A stretch of 64,000 nt of DNA from Patescibacteria group bacterium (GCA_963169855.1 CAUJCN010000002.1:517608-581607), one strand, 5' to 3'; counted from the first letter of the stretch, positions 45,476 through 55,225 are shown. Made by a program: numbers and translations. The notes: generated from the sequence alone by a model not told the origin.

Positions 45476-46582
45476 ATGGATCTAAAAGGTAAAAAGATAC
45501 TTATTCTTCATGATTACTTTCTTTACAAAGGTGGAGGAGAGAGGTTGATTATTACAATGGCAAAAAGACTTGGTGCCGATATTGCAACAGCGTTTATTGG
45601 AGAAGATGCCTTTGACCCAAGAGAACATGGAATTAAAACTTTTGAACTTTATAAAGAGAATAGATTTTCTAAACTTCCAGGATTCAGATACACCCAAGTA
45701 AACTTGGCGTTCCTTTTCAAAACGAGAAGGCTAATAAAAGATTACGACATTATTTACTACAGTGGTGATTGCCTAAATGCTCTTTTGGTTGCAAAAGATA
45801 AAGTGAACATTGCCTACATGCATACACCACCTAGACATTTATACGATAGTTATCAGGATAGATTGAAGACTTACGGATTAATTAAAAAATTGATTTTCAT
45901 TCCGTACGCTTGGATTAACAGAGTTCGATTTTCTTGGTTATCAAAAAAATTCAATTTGATTATTACAAACTCTAAAACTGTAAAAGAAAGAATTAAAACA
46001 TATTTGAAGCAGGATTCTGTAGTTGTTTATCCACCTTGTAACACAATCGCTTTCAAATGGATTTCTGATGGCGACTACTTCTTCTCCTGGGGACGACTTT
46101 ATCCTGCAAAACGAATCGATATGTTGGTTGAAGCTTTCTCAAGAATGCACGATAAAAAACTAATTGTTGGATCTGGTGGACCCGAATTAGAAAAAATCCA
46201 ACAAATTGCAGCAGGACATAGCAACATTCAAATTCTTGGGTGGATTTCTGATGAACAACTATTAGATCTTCTAGGAAATGCTATGGCAACAGCATATATT
46301 CCTGTTAGAGAAGATTTTGGAATGACACCTGTCGAATCTATGTACGCTGGAAAACCTGTTTTAGGAGTAGCAGAAGGGGGAATGTTGGAAACAGTAGTTG
46401 ATGGGAAAACTGGAATTTTATTGAAACCAGACTTTACTGTTGAAGATATTATGATTGCCGTCAAAGATTTTACGCCTGAAAGAGCGAAATCTATGCGAAA
46501 AGATTGCGAGGAGAGAGCCACACTATTCTCTGAGGACTCATTTATTGATGGAATTATTAAAGAAACCTCGAAAGTTTTGTAA
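45476..46582 (+). CDS. Glycosyltransferase family 4-like
   Basis: REDFGMTPVESMYAGKPVLGVAEGGMLETVVDGKTG. ATG at 45476 is preferred over the TTG at 45422. Confidence 0.65.
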   Translation: MDLKGKKILILHDYFLYKGGGERLIITMAKRLGADIATAFIGEDAFDPREHGIKTFELYKENRFSKLPGFRYTQVNLAFLFKTRRLIKDYDIIYYSGDCLNALLVAKDKVNIAYMHTPPRHLYDSYQDRLKTYGLIKKLIFIPYAWINRVRFSWLSKKFNLIITNSKTVKERIKTYLKQDSVVVYPPCNTIAFKWISDGDYFFSWGRLYPAKRIDMLVEAFSRMHDKKLIVGSGGPELEKIQQIAAGHSNIQILGWISDEQLLDLLGNAMATAYIPVREDFGMTPVESMYAGKPVLGVAEGGMLETVVDGKTGILLKPDFTVEDIMIAVKDFTPERAKSMRKDCEERATLFSEDSFIDGIIKETSKVL

Positions 46583-46663
46583 ATCAATGATTCCTACGAG
46601 ATAATTTCACTGACTTAGAATCCCGCCATCTTGTGATATAATCGCGACATATTAGCGTCAGTT

Positions 46664-46924
46664 ATGCCAAGTGATGTTGAAACTATATTCCTCGTTGATG
46701 ATGCCGAACAGCAAAAGATTATCGATTTAGTCGAGAGTTGCAAGATCCGCTTGAGACCACTGTTCCATGAAATTAGGAATGTAGACGAATCTGGAGATAT
46801 TTCTTCAAACTATATTTTAGCTCTTCCAGGAGAAAATAGAGTTTATTCATTCACCAATTTAAAATCTTTTAGGCGATTCCTAAGGCACATAATATTCCAC
46901 TCCCATACAAACCAAATTGGTTAA
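46664..46924 (+). CDS. Small hypothetical protein (86 aa)
   Basis: ORF only; local GC is above the window average. Confidence 0.25.
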   Translation: MPSDVETIFLVDDAEQQKIIDLVESCKIRLRPLFHEIRNVDESGDISSNYILALPGENRVYSFTNLKSFRRFLRHIIFHSHTNQIG

Positions 46925-46950
46925 AAACTCTAAATGAAGAGCCTTCCCAG

Positions 46951-47172
46951 ATGCTTCCCGGAGATTTGGACGCATTTACACGAACTACAGATCTTCAAGA
47001 TATCGGAACTATCTTGTTTCTTGCAGATATGAGTCCTTATCTCGAACGTGGGTTAAAATTTTGGCTGGGAAACAGACTTGCAAATATGATGGGATATCCT
47101 TCCCTCAAAGCTATGCGAGCTGCTGTTCATGAAGAAATCCGGGCAGAAGCTGCAGAAGCTATTGAAAATTAA
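46951..47172 (+). CDS. Small hypothetical protein (73 aa), possibly the 3' part of a frameshifted gene with 46664..46924
   Basis: This reading frame stays open back to 46873 and overlaps the end of the preceding ORF in a different frame. Confidence 0.25.
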   Translation: MLPGDLDAFTRTTDLQDIGTILFLADMSPYLERGLKFWLGNRLANMMGYPSLKAMRAAVHEEIRAEAAEAIEN

Positions 47173-48557
47173 CGCAGTGAGGCAAATTTTGTTTCGTACT
47201 TTTTAATATCAAATTTCCTTTTTAATCCACCGTAATTCATATATCTCACCTTACCGAAGATTGGTCTATCAAACCATTGCCGATCGTGAACTCCGCCAAT
47301 ACTCCAGAGAATTCCTACATATCCGTTAGGATCGTATCCATCCAAACTGTATTTATCGTTTAGATAAACTGCTATATCTACAGCTTCTTCAGGAGATTTT
47401 GTCCATTCAAGAATTTTCTTGCACCAGTACATTCGCATATATCCGTGCATTTTTCCTGTTTGAATCATTTGAATTTGAGCAGCATTCCAAGCAGGATCAT
47501 ATGTCTTTGCGAATTCTAGTTCTTCCTGTGAATAAATATATTCCCGTTTATCTGATTGATGTTCGAGTAGAGTAGCTTTAGCCCATGGTTTTACTCCTTT
47601 GATTGAATCGTAATTTTCATTGTAATAACAGAAGTTATCAGACAATTCTTTTCTAACAACCAGCTCTTCGATGAATGCAGAAATTGATTGTTCTTCTTTG
47701 GAAAGTGATTCTTTTTTCAAAATATTCTCCAAAGATGAATTTGATAGCTTCAAAAGTTCTTTTACAATTTCCAGTGAACTTATTTGACCAAAGTGTAAAT
47801 ATGGACTTAAATCTGATTGATTATTTTTTGTAGGATCGTTTCTTAACTCGTCGTAGTCTTTTAGTTTTTCGTCGATGAAAAGCTCTAACTGATTTCTAGC
47901 ATTTTTATACCCACCAATAAATTCTGGTTTGTACAATCCTTCTTTAGGAAATGAGACAAGCAACTTTTCAAAATATTCTGAAGTAGGAAATACTTCCGCA
48001 TCGATTTTTGGAACATCAACTTTCTCAAGCTTTGAGAATCCTGGGAAATCTTCATCTAGATATCTTTTGATCTGTTTATGGATCTTCGATCGAATTGTGT
48101 AAGCGGCGAATTCTTCTTTATCACTTATAACCCAAACTGGAATAATATTGTGTGTATCGACTACTTTAACACTCGCAGCAGTAGTTTCTGAAAAATTACT
48201 CTTTACAGCTCTCGGACCTCTTAGTGGTGAAAAATCAAAGTACACACTTTCTGGATTCAATTTGTTTAGTTCTACTAGTTTATTGTGATCGAAGAATAGA
48301 AAAGGGATATTCAGAGTTTTCAAATTCTCAGAGACTTCGGAAAGTCCTTCAAACATGAATTTGTAATGTCTGTAACCTCGACTCTTTACTTTTGAATAGT
48401 AGAAAAACACTACATAAATTGGTAGTTTTTTAGACTCGGCTTCTTTGATTGCATAGAGCAGAGCGTGATTTTGAGACACTCGTTGATCTCTAGACATCAC
48501 ATAAATCACACATTTGCCTGTTTCCGAGGAGTTTTTTTGAAGTTGAGTTCTATTCAT
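47169..48557 (-). CDS. Deoxyribodipyrimidine photolyase, class II (CPD photolyase)
   Basis: N-terminal CVIYVMSRDQRVSQNHALLYA matches the class II YWMSRDQRVQDNWAL signature; C-terminal FAD-binding region AWNAAQIQMIQTGKMHGYMRMYW. Confidence 0.75.
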   Translation of the reverse strand: MNRTQLQKNSSETGKCVIYVMSRDQRVSQNHALLYAIKEAESKKLPIYVVFFYYSKVKSRGYRHYKFMFEGLSEVSENLKTLNIPFLFFDHNKLVELNKLNPESVYFDFSPLRGPRAVKSNFSETTAASVKVVDTHNIIPVWVISDKEEFAAYTIRSKIHKQIKRYLDEDFPGFSKLEKVDVPKIDAEVFPTSEYFEKLLVSFPKEGLYKPEFIGGYKNARNQLELFIDEKLKDYDELRNDPTKNNQSDLSPYLHFGQISSLEIVKELLKLSNSSLENILKKESLSKEEQSISAFIEELVVRKELSDNFCYYNENYDSIKGVKPWAKATLLEHQSDKREYIYSQEELEFAKTYDPAWNAAQIQMIQTGKMHGYMRMYWCKKILEWTKSPEEAVDIAVYLNDKYSLDGYDPNGYVGILWSIGGVHDRQWFDRPIFGKVRYMNYGGLKRKFDIKKYETKFASLR

Positions 48558-48620
48558 ACAGTGATTTTATCAGATGTATACGCGTTGTGTAATTCGCCTA
48601 TCTGATAGTATAATCCGAGG

Positions 48621-49460
48621 ATGCACGCGAAACCAGAATCATTCAGAGAGTCACACGAAGCAAGGGTAGACTTAATCAGGAAGCAGCTTAATTGTCACAA
48701 GCAGGCAGGAGAAGTGAGTGGAAGTGAACCGTGGAAACTGCACATTTACAAAGGATTTGAGACTCCGCAAGTTCATTTAGAGCCAGGTTTAGAAATTGAA
48801 GATTCTTATATATACCTTTTTCAGTTACTAAATGATGTGCCTTTCTTGATACCTCATTTTGAGATGTACTTCGAAGATTACCATGCTGTCCTCGCTAAGG
48901 TATCGACAAGAGGTTTGGTTCCTCCGAAATTCGTCGATCACTACATTGACGGGGAAGAAGACCGCTTTAAAATGTACAGAGGTAAGGTTTTGATCACAGA
49001 TCTTCTCGAGGATAGCAATCTGTTTCAATCCCCCGAAGAAATCAACCCTGAATTCAACAAATATGATCCGGTTGCTAGACTTAAACTGGAGAGAATAGAT
49101 TCTATACGTCAAAATGACTATGTAAAACTTGCAAGTCTCTTATGGTTAATAAATTTATTGAGAACTCAGTTTGAATTACCTCCAAGAAAGCGTTGGGAAA
49201 AAGCACCAAAAAAGAAGCCTTTGGCTGATAATTTCTTTACACAAGTCGCTTACTTACGTGGAATTCTTGCTAGACCAGATTTCTATGAAGGAGAATACAG
49301 GGCAGACACAATTTTGATGAATTTGTTTAGAATGTTTGGTGAAAATTTTTATGAATACCAAGAAGCTATACTGTACGCTTTTGATGTACTAGAACAGAGA
49401 GATGAGCTTGAAAGGGAACAAAAGTACGATGATGAGGACGAAGATGATTTAGAGTTCTAA
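48621..49460 (+). CDS. Hypothetical protein with acidic C-terminus (279 aa)
   Basis: ORF ending in EQKYDDEDEDDLEF. Confidence 0.4.
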   Translation: MHAKPESFRESHEARVDLIRKQLNCHKQAGEVSGSEPWKLHIYKGFETPQVHLEPGLEIEDSYIYLFQLLNDVPFLIPHFEMYFEDYHAVLAKVSTRGLVPPKFVDHYIDGEEDRFKMYRGKVLITDLLEDSNLFQSPEEINPEFNKYDPVARLKLERIDSIRQNDYVKLASLLWLINLLRTQFELPPRKRWEKAPKKKPLADNFFTQVAYLRGILARPDFYEGEYRADTILMNLFRMFGENFYEYQEAILYAFDVLEQRDELEREQKYDDEDEDDLEF

Positions 49461-50090
49461 CTATAGAACTATCTTACTTTTTCTATTCGATAAGAAAATT
49501 AGTAGTGGCCAGATTCCGCTTACAATCATCAGTACACCAGCTGCGGAAACAACAAGATTGAAAGAACTTTCACCCAATCCAGCAATTTGTCCTCCTACAA
49601 ATCCCAAGAACACCATAGCTAAGCTCATCATTGTGTCGTAAATGGCGTACGCTTTTCCTGATGAACCATCATTTAGATTTGCTGCGAATAATTTTCTCCA
49701 GTTGACCAAGTTTAATGAGCCCCCAACTCCAATCATAAATTGTAAAAGATAAAATGCTGCTGGAGAAGATATTGATGGATAAAGAAGGTATGGAATTCCC
49801 ATCAAAATATTTCCAATAATTAACAATGTAATTTCATCTCTGTCCGTTCGAACTCTATCAGTTAACCATCCTACTGGAATTTGAAACATAACTCTTGCAA
49901 AGTAGAAAACTGCAGTTCCAATTCCAACAATTTCAACGATATCCATGTTCAATTTTGTTTGTAAGAATAATCCTGTAAACGCTGTTACAACAAGATAAAT
50001 TCCCCAAGTGAAGATGTCCGAAATTGTTAAATAGAAGATAACTTTATTTATTCCTGTGCTTTCTAAAAAAAGTCTTTTAGTATGTTCCAT
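49461..50090 (-). CDS. Six-TM membrane protein resembling half of an MFS transporter
   Basis: GWLTDRVRTDRDE resembles MFS motif A (G-x-L-x-D-R-x-G-R) between TM2 and TM3; 209 aa. Confidence 0.45.
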   Translation of the reverse strand: MEHTKRLFLESTGINKVIFYLTISDIFTWGIYLVVTAFTGLFLQTKLNMDIVEIVGIGTAVFYFARVMFQIPVGWLTDRVRTDRDEITLLIIGNILMGIPYLLYPSISSPAAFYLLQFMIGVGGSLNLVNWRKLFAANLNDGSSGKAYAIYDTMMSLAMVFLGFVGGQIAGLGESSFNLVVSAAGVLMIVSGIWPLLIFLSNRKSKIVL

Positions 50091-50165
50091 GTTTGATGTT
50101 TAAAATTCCTTTTCCCGAAGAATCTTAAAAAAGGTATAATTAATCTGAATTATTCTATCAATATA

Positions 50166-50693
50166 ATGAGTGTTACTCAAAGCGAAATAGAGACAATTTA
50201 CGAAGGCTTTTTCGACGTGATTTACAAATTCTTTTACTTTAAGATTTTGTCACGAGAAGTTGCAGAAGACCTTACTTCCGAAACGTTTATTCAGTTTGTA
50301 AAAGGATTAAAAGAAGACGAAGAGATAGAAAATTTACGCGCATACTTGTTCGGAATTGCGAAGATTATTTTTGTTAATCATTTGAAACAAAAGTATAAAG
50401 ACGCCATTCCTTTCTCACAAATTGGAGATGATTTTGAAGATTTCTTAGTTGAAACTGTGAAAGAAAGAGACAATTCCCCGACACCAGAAGAGACTCTTCA
50501 AAAGTTTATGGACAAGGTTCCAGCGGCTCAAAGAGAGGTTTTAAGATTGAGGTTTTTAGAGAAACTGAGCCTTAAAGAAATATGCGAAAAGATGGGAAAA
50601 GACATGAATTACGTAAAAACAACACAGAAAAGGGGATTGAAGTCACTAAAACAGCTTTGTGAAGTAGGCGTCTCTGATGCGGATGAAGGCTAG
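50166..50693 (+). CDS. ECF-type RNA polymerase sigma-70 family factor
   Basis: Region 2-like DLTSETFIQF; region 4 HTH QREVLRLRFLEKLSLKEICEKMGKDMNYVKTTQKRGLKSLKQL. Confidence 0.6.
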   Translation: MSVTQSEIETIYEGFFDVIYKFFYFKILSREVAEDLTSETFIQFVKGLKEDEEIENLRAYLFGIAKIIFVNHLKQKYKDAIPFSQIGDDFEDFLVETVKERDNSPTPEETLQKFMDKVPAAQREVLRLRFLEKLSLKEICEKMGKDMNYVKTTQKRGLKSLKQLCEVGVSDADEG

Positions 50694-50775
50694 AAAACCT
50701 TGTTCCGATAAGGGTTTGGTGTACACCAAAGCACACTATTAAAGTAGACAAATATAATTAGTATAATTAACAACA

Positions 50776-52161
50776 ATGAAGGACAGAGAAGACAAACAAT
50801 TCGATGAATTTCTAAACTCCTTGAAAGCAGAGGAGGCTTCTCCAAACGAGAAATTCAAAGCTAAGTTGAAAACTCAAATGATTAGAGAATTCAACAAAGG
50901 CAACAACTCTGGCTATTCAATAGCTGATTGGTATTTGAATTTCTTATCCTTAATTCTTGTTGTTATTTCGATTTCATTAGTTGCTTACTTCGGCGTTCTA
51001 TATAACACAGGTACTGGAACACAAAATGGATCAACCGTTGTTTTGAGCGATTCCGAAAAAGTACGAATTCTTGAAAATTATTCAAAAAATAATCCCGAAA
51101 CTTTAACAAAGAGGAGACCAACTCAGGTTCTTTCTAATCCAGTTGATCAGAAATCGTCAAATTTCTTTTCTGTCGTAAAAACGGAAACATTTAGTAGCCA
51201 ATATTTCAGATGTACTGGATCTTTCTTAATTTCTAACAGAAGTGTAAGAGAAGAAACACACTACGATAACGGAGAGACTTCCGTAAAACAAGTTATTAGT
51301 AACGGAGTTGGCGAATTAATTTCTGAAAAAGTTGTGACTTATGTGGGAAGAGTAACTACTCAAAAAGAATATGTTGGTGGTGAATATGTTGCGCTTTCAT
51401 TCTCAGACGAAGAGCCGAGAAGTGAACTGAATAGTCCTGCAAGTATTTCCCAGGTTTCGAGAAACGGAAAAGATTATTACGAAATTGAATATCGAACATT
51501 TTTTGACTGCAAAGGGGTTCAAGAACAATTAATTACTTTGCAGTACGCTGATATTAATACTTACAAAGTTGAACTTGAAGAGGTTTACCTTGGATCAAAA
51601 TCTCAGGATAATCTTTACAGTATTTCCTCTATTCAGTCTTCAGAAAGAAATATTAACGACAGTGAAAAAAGAAACATTTTCAAGCTAGATACAAATGCCG
51701 AGGAGTTAGTTGTAAATAATACAGATTTAGCAAATAGTTTGCTTGATATCTTAGTTCCAGCTGATTCATTTATTCAGCCAATTAACGGAAGAACAGATTT
51801 GAAGACAGTAAACGTTATCGACAGAGATTTCTACCCTAGAGGAAACTGGGGAGATGAGCTTTTTGAATACAACGTCTCATTACTAGAAAATCCTACTTTG
51901 AAATACGATATTCAATTATCACCATTTGAGTACTCAACAATTACAATTTCCGGAGAACAGGATTTAGTTCCGAATAACACTATTGACTCTTCGGTCATAG
52001 TGAATGGAACACGAATATCTTCTGTTCTTTATACAAATGGTCCTTTATCAGGAACTATCGGTAATAACCAAGTTGTTTACTTTGAATACAATGGAGTATT
52101 CTACAAAATCGAAACTACAGATGTTTCCGAATTTAGTGAATTAGAAAATTTTAATCGATGA
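50776..52161 (+). CDS. Putative anti-sigma factor / membrane-anchored extracytoplasmic protein
   Basis: Cytoplasmic N-terminus of about 50 aa, a single TM segment WYLNFLSLILVVISISLVAYFGVLY, and a large external domain; lies directly downstream of the ECF sigma gene. Confidence 0.35.
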   Translation: MKDREDKQFDEFLNSLKAEEASPNEKFKAKLKTQMIREFNKGNNSGYSIADWYLNFLSLILVVISISLVAYFGVLYNTGTGTQNGSTVVLSDSEKVRILENYSKNNPETLTKRRPTQVLSNPVDQKSSNFFSVVKTETFSSQYFRCTGSFLISNRSVREETHYDNGETSVKQVISNGVGELISEKVVTYVGRVTTQKEYVGGEYVALSFSDEEPRSELNSPASISQVSRNGKDYYEIEYRTFFDCKGVQEQLITLQYADINTYKVELEEVYLGSKSQDNLYSISSIQSSERNINDSEKRNIFKLDTNAEELVVNNTDLANSLLDILVPADSFIQPINGRTDLKTVNVIDRDFYPRGNWGDELFEYNVSLLENPTLKYDIQLSPFEYSTITISGEQDLVPNNTIDSSVIVNGTRISSVLYTNGPLSGTIGNNQVVYFEYNGVFYKIETTDVSEFSELENFNR

Positions 52162-52448
52162 AACTTTCACGAACAGGTTTAATTTTAGCAGTTGCGAGTC
52201 CACTAATTGCTATTTTAGTAATTTTTGGGGTGATCGTTTTAACTCAAGATAGCAATATTACTGATTTTGATTTAGACGTTTTTGATTTTGAATCTTGTGC
52301 CGCAAAAGGCTATCCAATCATGGAGAGTTTCCCAAGACAATGCCGAACTGACGACGGAAGATTATTTACAGAGATTTTACAGCCGAATGCTTTTTATCAT
52401 TCACAGGATTCTTTGGTAAATTATCTAGTGACTTCCACAAATATCTAG
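52158..52448 (+). CDS. Small membrane protein (96 aa)
   Basis: TM segment LILAVASPLIAILVIFGVIVL; ATGA coupling to the upstream gene. The 3' end overlaps the end of the AlkA-like gene on the opposite strand. Confidence 0.3.
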   Translation: MKLSRTGLILAVASPLIAILVIFGVIVLTQDSNITDFDLDVFDFESCAAKGYPIMESFPRQCRTDDGRLFTEILQPNAFYHSQDSLVNYLVTSTNI

Positions 52449-52998
52449 AAGCATACGATCTAAACGGTGCCCATTTTTTTTGAATCTTCATTATATTTTC
52501 TTTGTCATCACGATCAATTTTGTAAAGATTAGCAATCGCGTTTCTTAAACCTAAATCTCCATAAGAGAAAATGTCTTCTTTTCCAAATCCGAAGAGGAGT
52601 AGCATTTCTGCTGTCCATTCACCAATTCCTTTTAATTTTACTAATTCAATTTTGACATCTTCATCGCTCATTGTTCGAAGAGATTCCAAATCGACTTCTT
52701 TGGTGATTACACTACTACAAAGTGATTTTATGTATCTAATTTTCGCAAACGAGAGTCCACAATCTCGTAGTTGCTGATCCTCAAATTTGAGAAAGCTTTC
52801 TGGTTCGCAAATTCCTACTAAATTTAGAACTCTTTTGAAGATTGTATCTGCAGCTTTAACTGAAAGTTGTTGACCAACAATGCTTCCGATGATCTCGTTA
52901 AAGATATCTTCTGTAGGAACAATTGGTGCAAGTTCGCCAAATTCTTCGATAAGTTTCAGCATTACTTTGTCTTTTGCGAGAGTCGGGATGTAATTCAT
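52366..52998 (-). CDS. HhH-GPD DNA glycosylase (AlkA-like 3-methyladenine glycosylase II)
   Basis: VGQQLSVKAADTIFKRV and helix-hairpin-helix LKGIGEWTAEMLLLFGFGKEDIFSYGDLGLRNAI, with the catalytic Asp in GDLG. Confidence 0.6.
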   Translation of the reverse strand: MNYIPTLAKDKVMLKLIEEFGELAPIVPTEDIFNEIIGSIVGQQLSVKAADTIFKRVLNLVGICEPESFLKFEDQQLRDCGLSFAKIRYIKSLCSSVITKEVDLESLRTMSDEDVKIELVKLKGIGEWTAEMLLLFGFGKEDIFSYGDLGLRNAIANLYKIDRDDKENIMKIQKKWAPFRSYASRYLWKSLDNLPKNPVNDKKHSAVKSL

Positions 52999-53036
52999 AA
53001 TTTTGATTATACCATCCAGGATGATAGAATCCGCCT

Positions 53037-53663
53037 ATGGGTATAGATAAACCAGATGTAACAATTGAACAGATTTCACAAAGTGTTATTGATGACGACC
53101 CAATTTACGATGAGTACTTAGAGCAGTTACGAAGAATGAGAATTCCTAGATTTTTCAATGGATTTTACACAAGGGAAGCTGTTTCGAAGATTAATGAACT
53201 GCTCAAAACAGTTGAATGCATATCTTTAATTGGTTATAGGAAATCTTTCACAAACACTTACCGATGGCTTTTCTTGGACAAACAAGGCGAGAATATTGCC
53301 AGCAAGATTTACTCAATGATCGTCTGGGATATTTCTGTTTATATAAAAAGAAAATATGGTGATCACATTCGACTAGGCGTTTTTGGGTCGGTTGCAAAAG
53401 GCACAGCAACCTTTCCTATTTCTAGAAAACTTCCTACAGATCAAAGAAGATATTTTATAAATTGGAGTGATTTAGATTTATATATTCACTCTACGAAAGT
53501 TGTAGACGAAGAGACTTTGGACGAGATTCAAGAAGTTATAGGACGTCGTGTATTGAGTCTATCTTTGAAACTTCCAGATTACATTACAATTCAGCATTGC
53601 ATACCGCATATTGCTAAGGTTACTAGAGACTTTGAATTTTACTCTCCAAGCGAAGAATTCTAA
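53037..53663 (+). CDS. Hypothetical protein with nucleotidyltransferase-fold motif
   Basis: RLGVFGSVAKGTATF...WSDLDLYIH (GS...DxD). Confidence 0.4.
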   Translation: MGIDKPDVTIEQISQSVIDDDPIYDEYLEQLRRMRIPRFFNGFYTREAVSKINELLKTVECISLIGYRKSFTNTYRWLFLDKQGENIASKIYSMIVWDISVYIKRKYGDHIRLGVFGSVAKGTATFPISRKLPTDQRRYFINWSDLDLYIHSTKVVDEETLDEIQEVIGRRVLSLSLKLPDYITIQHCIPHIAKVTRDFEFYSPSEEF

Positions 53664-53714
53664 TACAGATGAGCTTTCTTCGAGTATAATGAGAAGATAC
53701 CTACAACAGACGCT

Positions 53715-55202
53715 ATGGATTTTCTTAGAAAACATAAAACGCTGCTGATCTTTTCCCTTTCAATTTTGATTTTACTCATCTTACGCATCCCATCCTTTTT
53801 TGAACCTCATTGGTACGATGATGAAGGAATTTATTCTGGTGTTGCTAACCAAATGAGTTATGGAGCAGAGTTGTATTCTGGTGGCTGGGACAATAAACCA
53901 CCGTTCATGTATTTGCTTTTTTTAGGATTGAGTAAGATTGGAAACACTTTAGTTTTATCTAGAATTTTGAGTTTTGTTTTTGCTGTTGCAACTTTGTTTG
54001 TTGTGTTTAAAATTCTTCAGAAACTTTCAGTTGGAAAAGCTAAATATTTGATTTTGATTGCAGGAGCTTTGCTTCTTGGACTACCTCAATTTGAAAACAA
54101 TATCGCAAATGCTGAGAATTTTTTCATGCTGTTCACAACAATCGGAATATTCTTTGCTTTGGAAAAAAGATTTTTGTGGACTGCGCTTTTCTACAGCATC
54201 GCGATTACAGTTAAAGCTCAGCCATTTTTTGAATTTGTTGCATTAATGCCTTTGATTTTAATTTTGATGATTCATGAAAAAGAAAAAGTGAAATCAATTT
54301 TATCGAAACTTTTTAGTTTGAATTTGATATTTGTTTTTCCAACTATTTTGATTTCTTTGATTTTCTTTTTGTTCGGAAGTTTTAGAGAGTATTTAGATTC
54401 AGCATTGTTAAGTAATTTTAAATATGTTGAAGAGCATAGCGAAGTAACAATGCTTCTTGGAATGGAGAATAGTGTGGCTCTGAGACTTTTGATTTTCGCA
54501 TTAGCAATTTTGATAATTTCACTTTTGTACTGGAAAAGGAAGTTGAGTTTCTCGACAACTTTGATTTTCCTTTGGCTAGCTGGAAGTGTTTTTGGAGCTG
54601 CTTTATCCAGTAGAGGTTATCCCCATTATCTTTTGCAGATTATTCCTGCACTTTTAGTTTCTGTAGGAATTTTGTTCTCAGGAAAATTTTTGAGTTTAAA
54701 GAACTTATTGATGACTGTGGTTGTTGGAATTTCGCTTTATGGGTTTCTTGGATTTTTCTTTCAATGGAATAAATTTGAAGAGCATTTGCCATACTACAAT
54801 TATTATCAAAAAGGTTATGGGTACTTACTTGGGAATGTTGGAAGAGAAGAGTGGGCAAATTTCTTTAATCCTAAAATGACTCAATTTTACGAAACAGTCG
54901 AATACATTGACGAGAAAACAGCCTCCGGAACAGTTGTGTATTCAGTGGATCAGACTGGCTGGTTTTATGAACTTTCTAATACAAAATCTGCTTCGAGATA
55001 CGTGGCTTACTACCACATTTGGCATACCGAAAATCGAACGGAAATGGCCTTTAAAGAGATCGAAATGAACGAGCCGGAGTATATAGTTTTCAACAGAAAA
55101 GAGACGTGGATTTTTCCAGATTTGTGGAAATATATTCAAGAAAACTACGAGAAAGATGCTTTCGAGAACGAATGGTACGAGGTGTTTGTGAGGAAGGCTT
55201 AG
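53715..55202 (+). CDS. GT-C fold membrane glycosyltransferase (PMT/ArnT-like, GT39/GT83-type)
   Basis: At least 11 hydrophobic segments; first-loop acidic motif HWYDDEGIYSG just after TM1; 495 aa. Confidence 0.6.
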   Translation: MDFLRKHKTLLIFSLSILILLILRIPSFFEPHWYDDEGIYSGVANQMSYGAELYSGGWDNKPPFMYLLFLGLSKIGNTLVLSRILSFVFAVATLFVVFKILQKLSVGKAKYLILIAGALLLGLPQFENNIANAENFFMLFTTIGIFFALEKRFLWTALFYSIAITVKAQPFFEFVALMPLILILMIHEKEKVKSILSKLFSLNLIFVFPTILISLIFFLFGSFREYLDSALLSNFKYVEEHSEVTMLLGMENSVALRLLIFALAILIISLLYWKRKLSFSTTLIFLWLAGSVFGAALSSRGYPHYLLQIIPALLVSVGILFSGKFLSLKNLLMTVVVGISLYGFLGFFFQWNKFEEHLPYYNYYQKGYGYLLGNVGREEWANFFNPKMTQFYETVEYIDEKTASGTVVYSVDQTGWFYELSNTKSASRYVAYYHIWHTENRTEMAFKEIEMNEPEYIVFNRKETWIFPDLWKYIQENYEKDAFENEWYEVFVRKA

Positions 55203-55225
55203 TCGTCTAGTCTAAATCTGCGATT

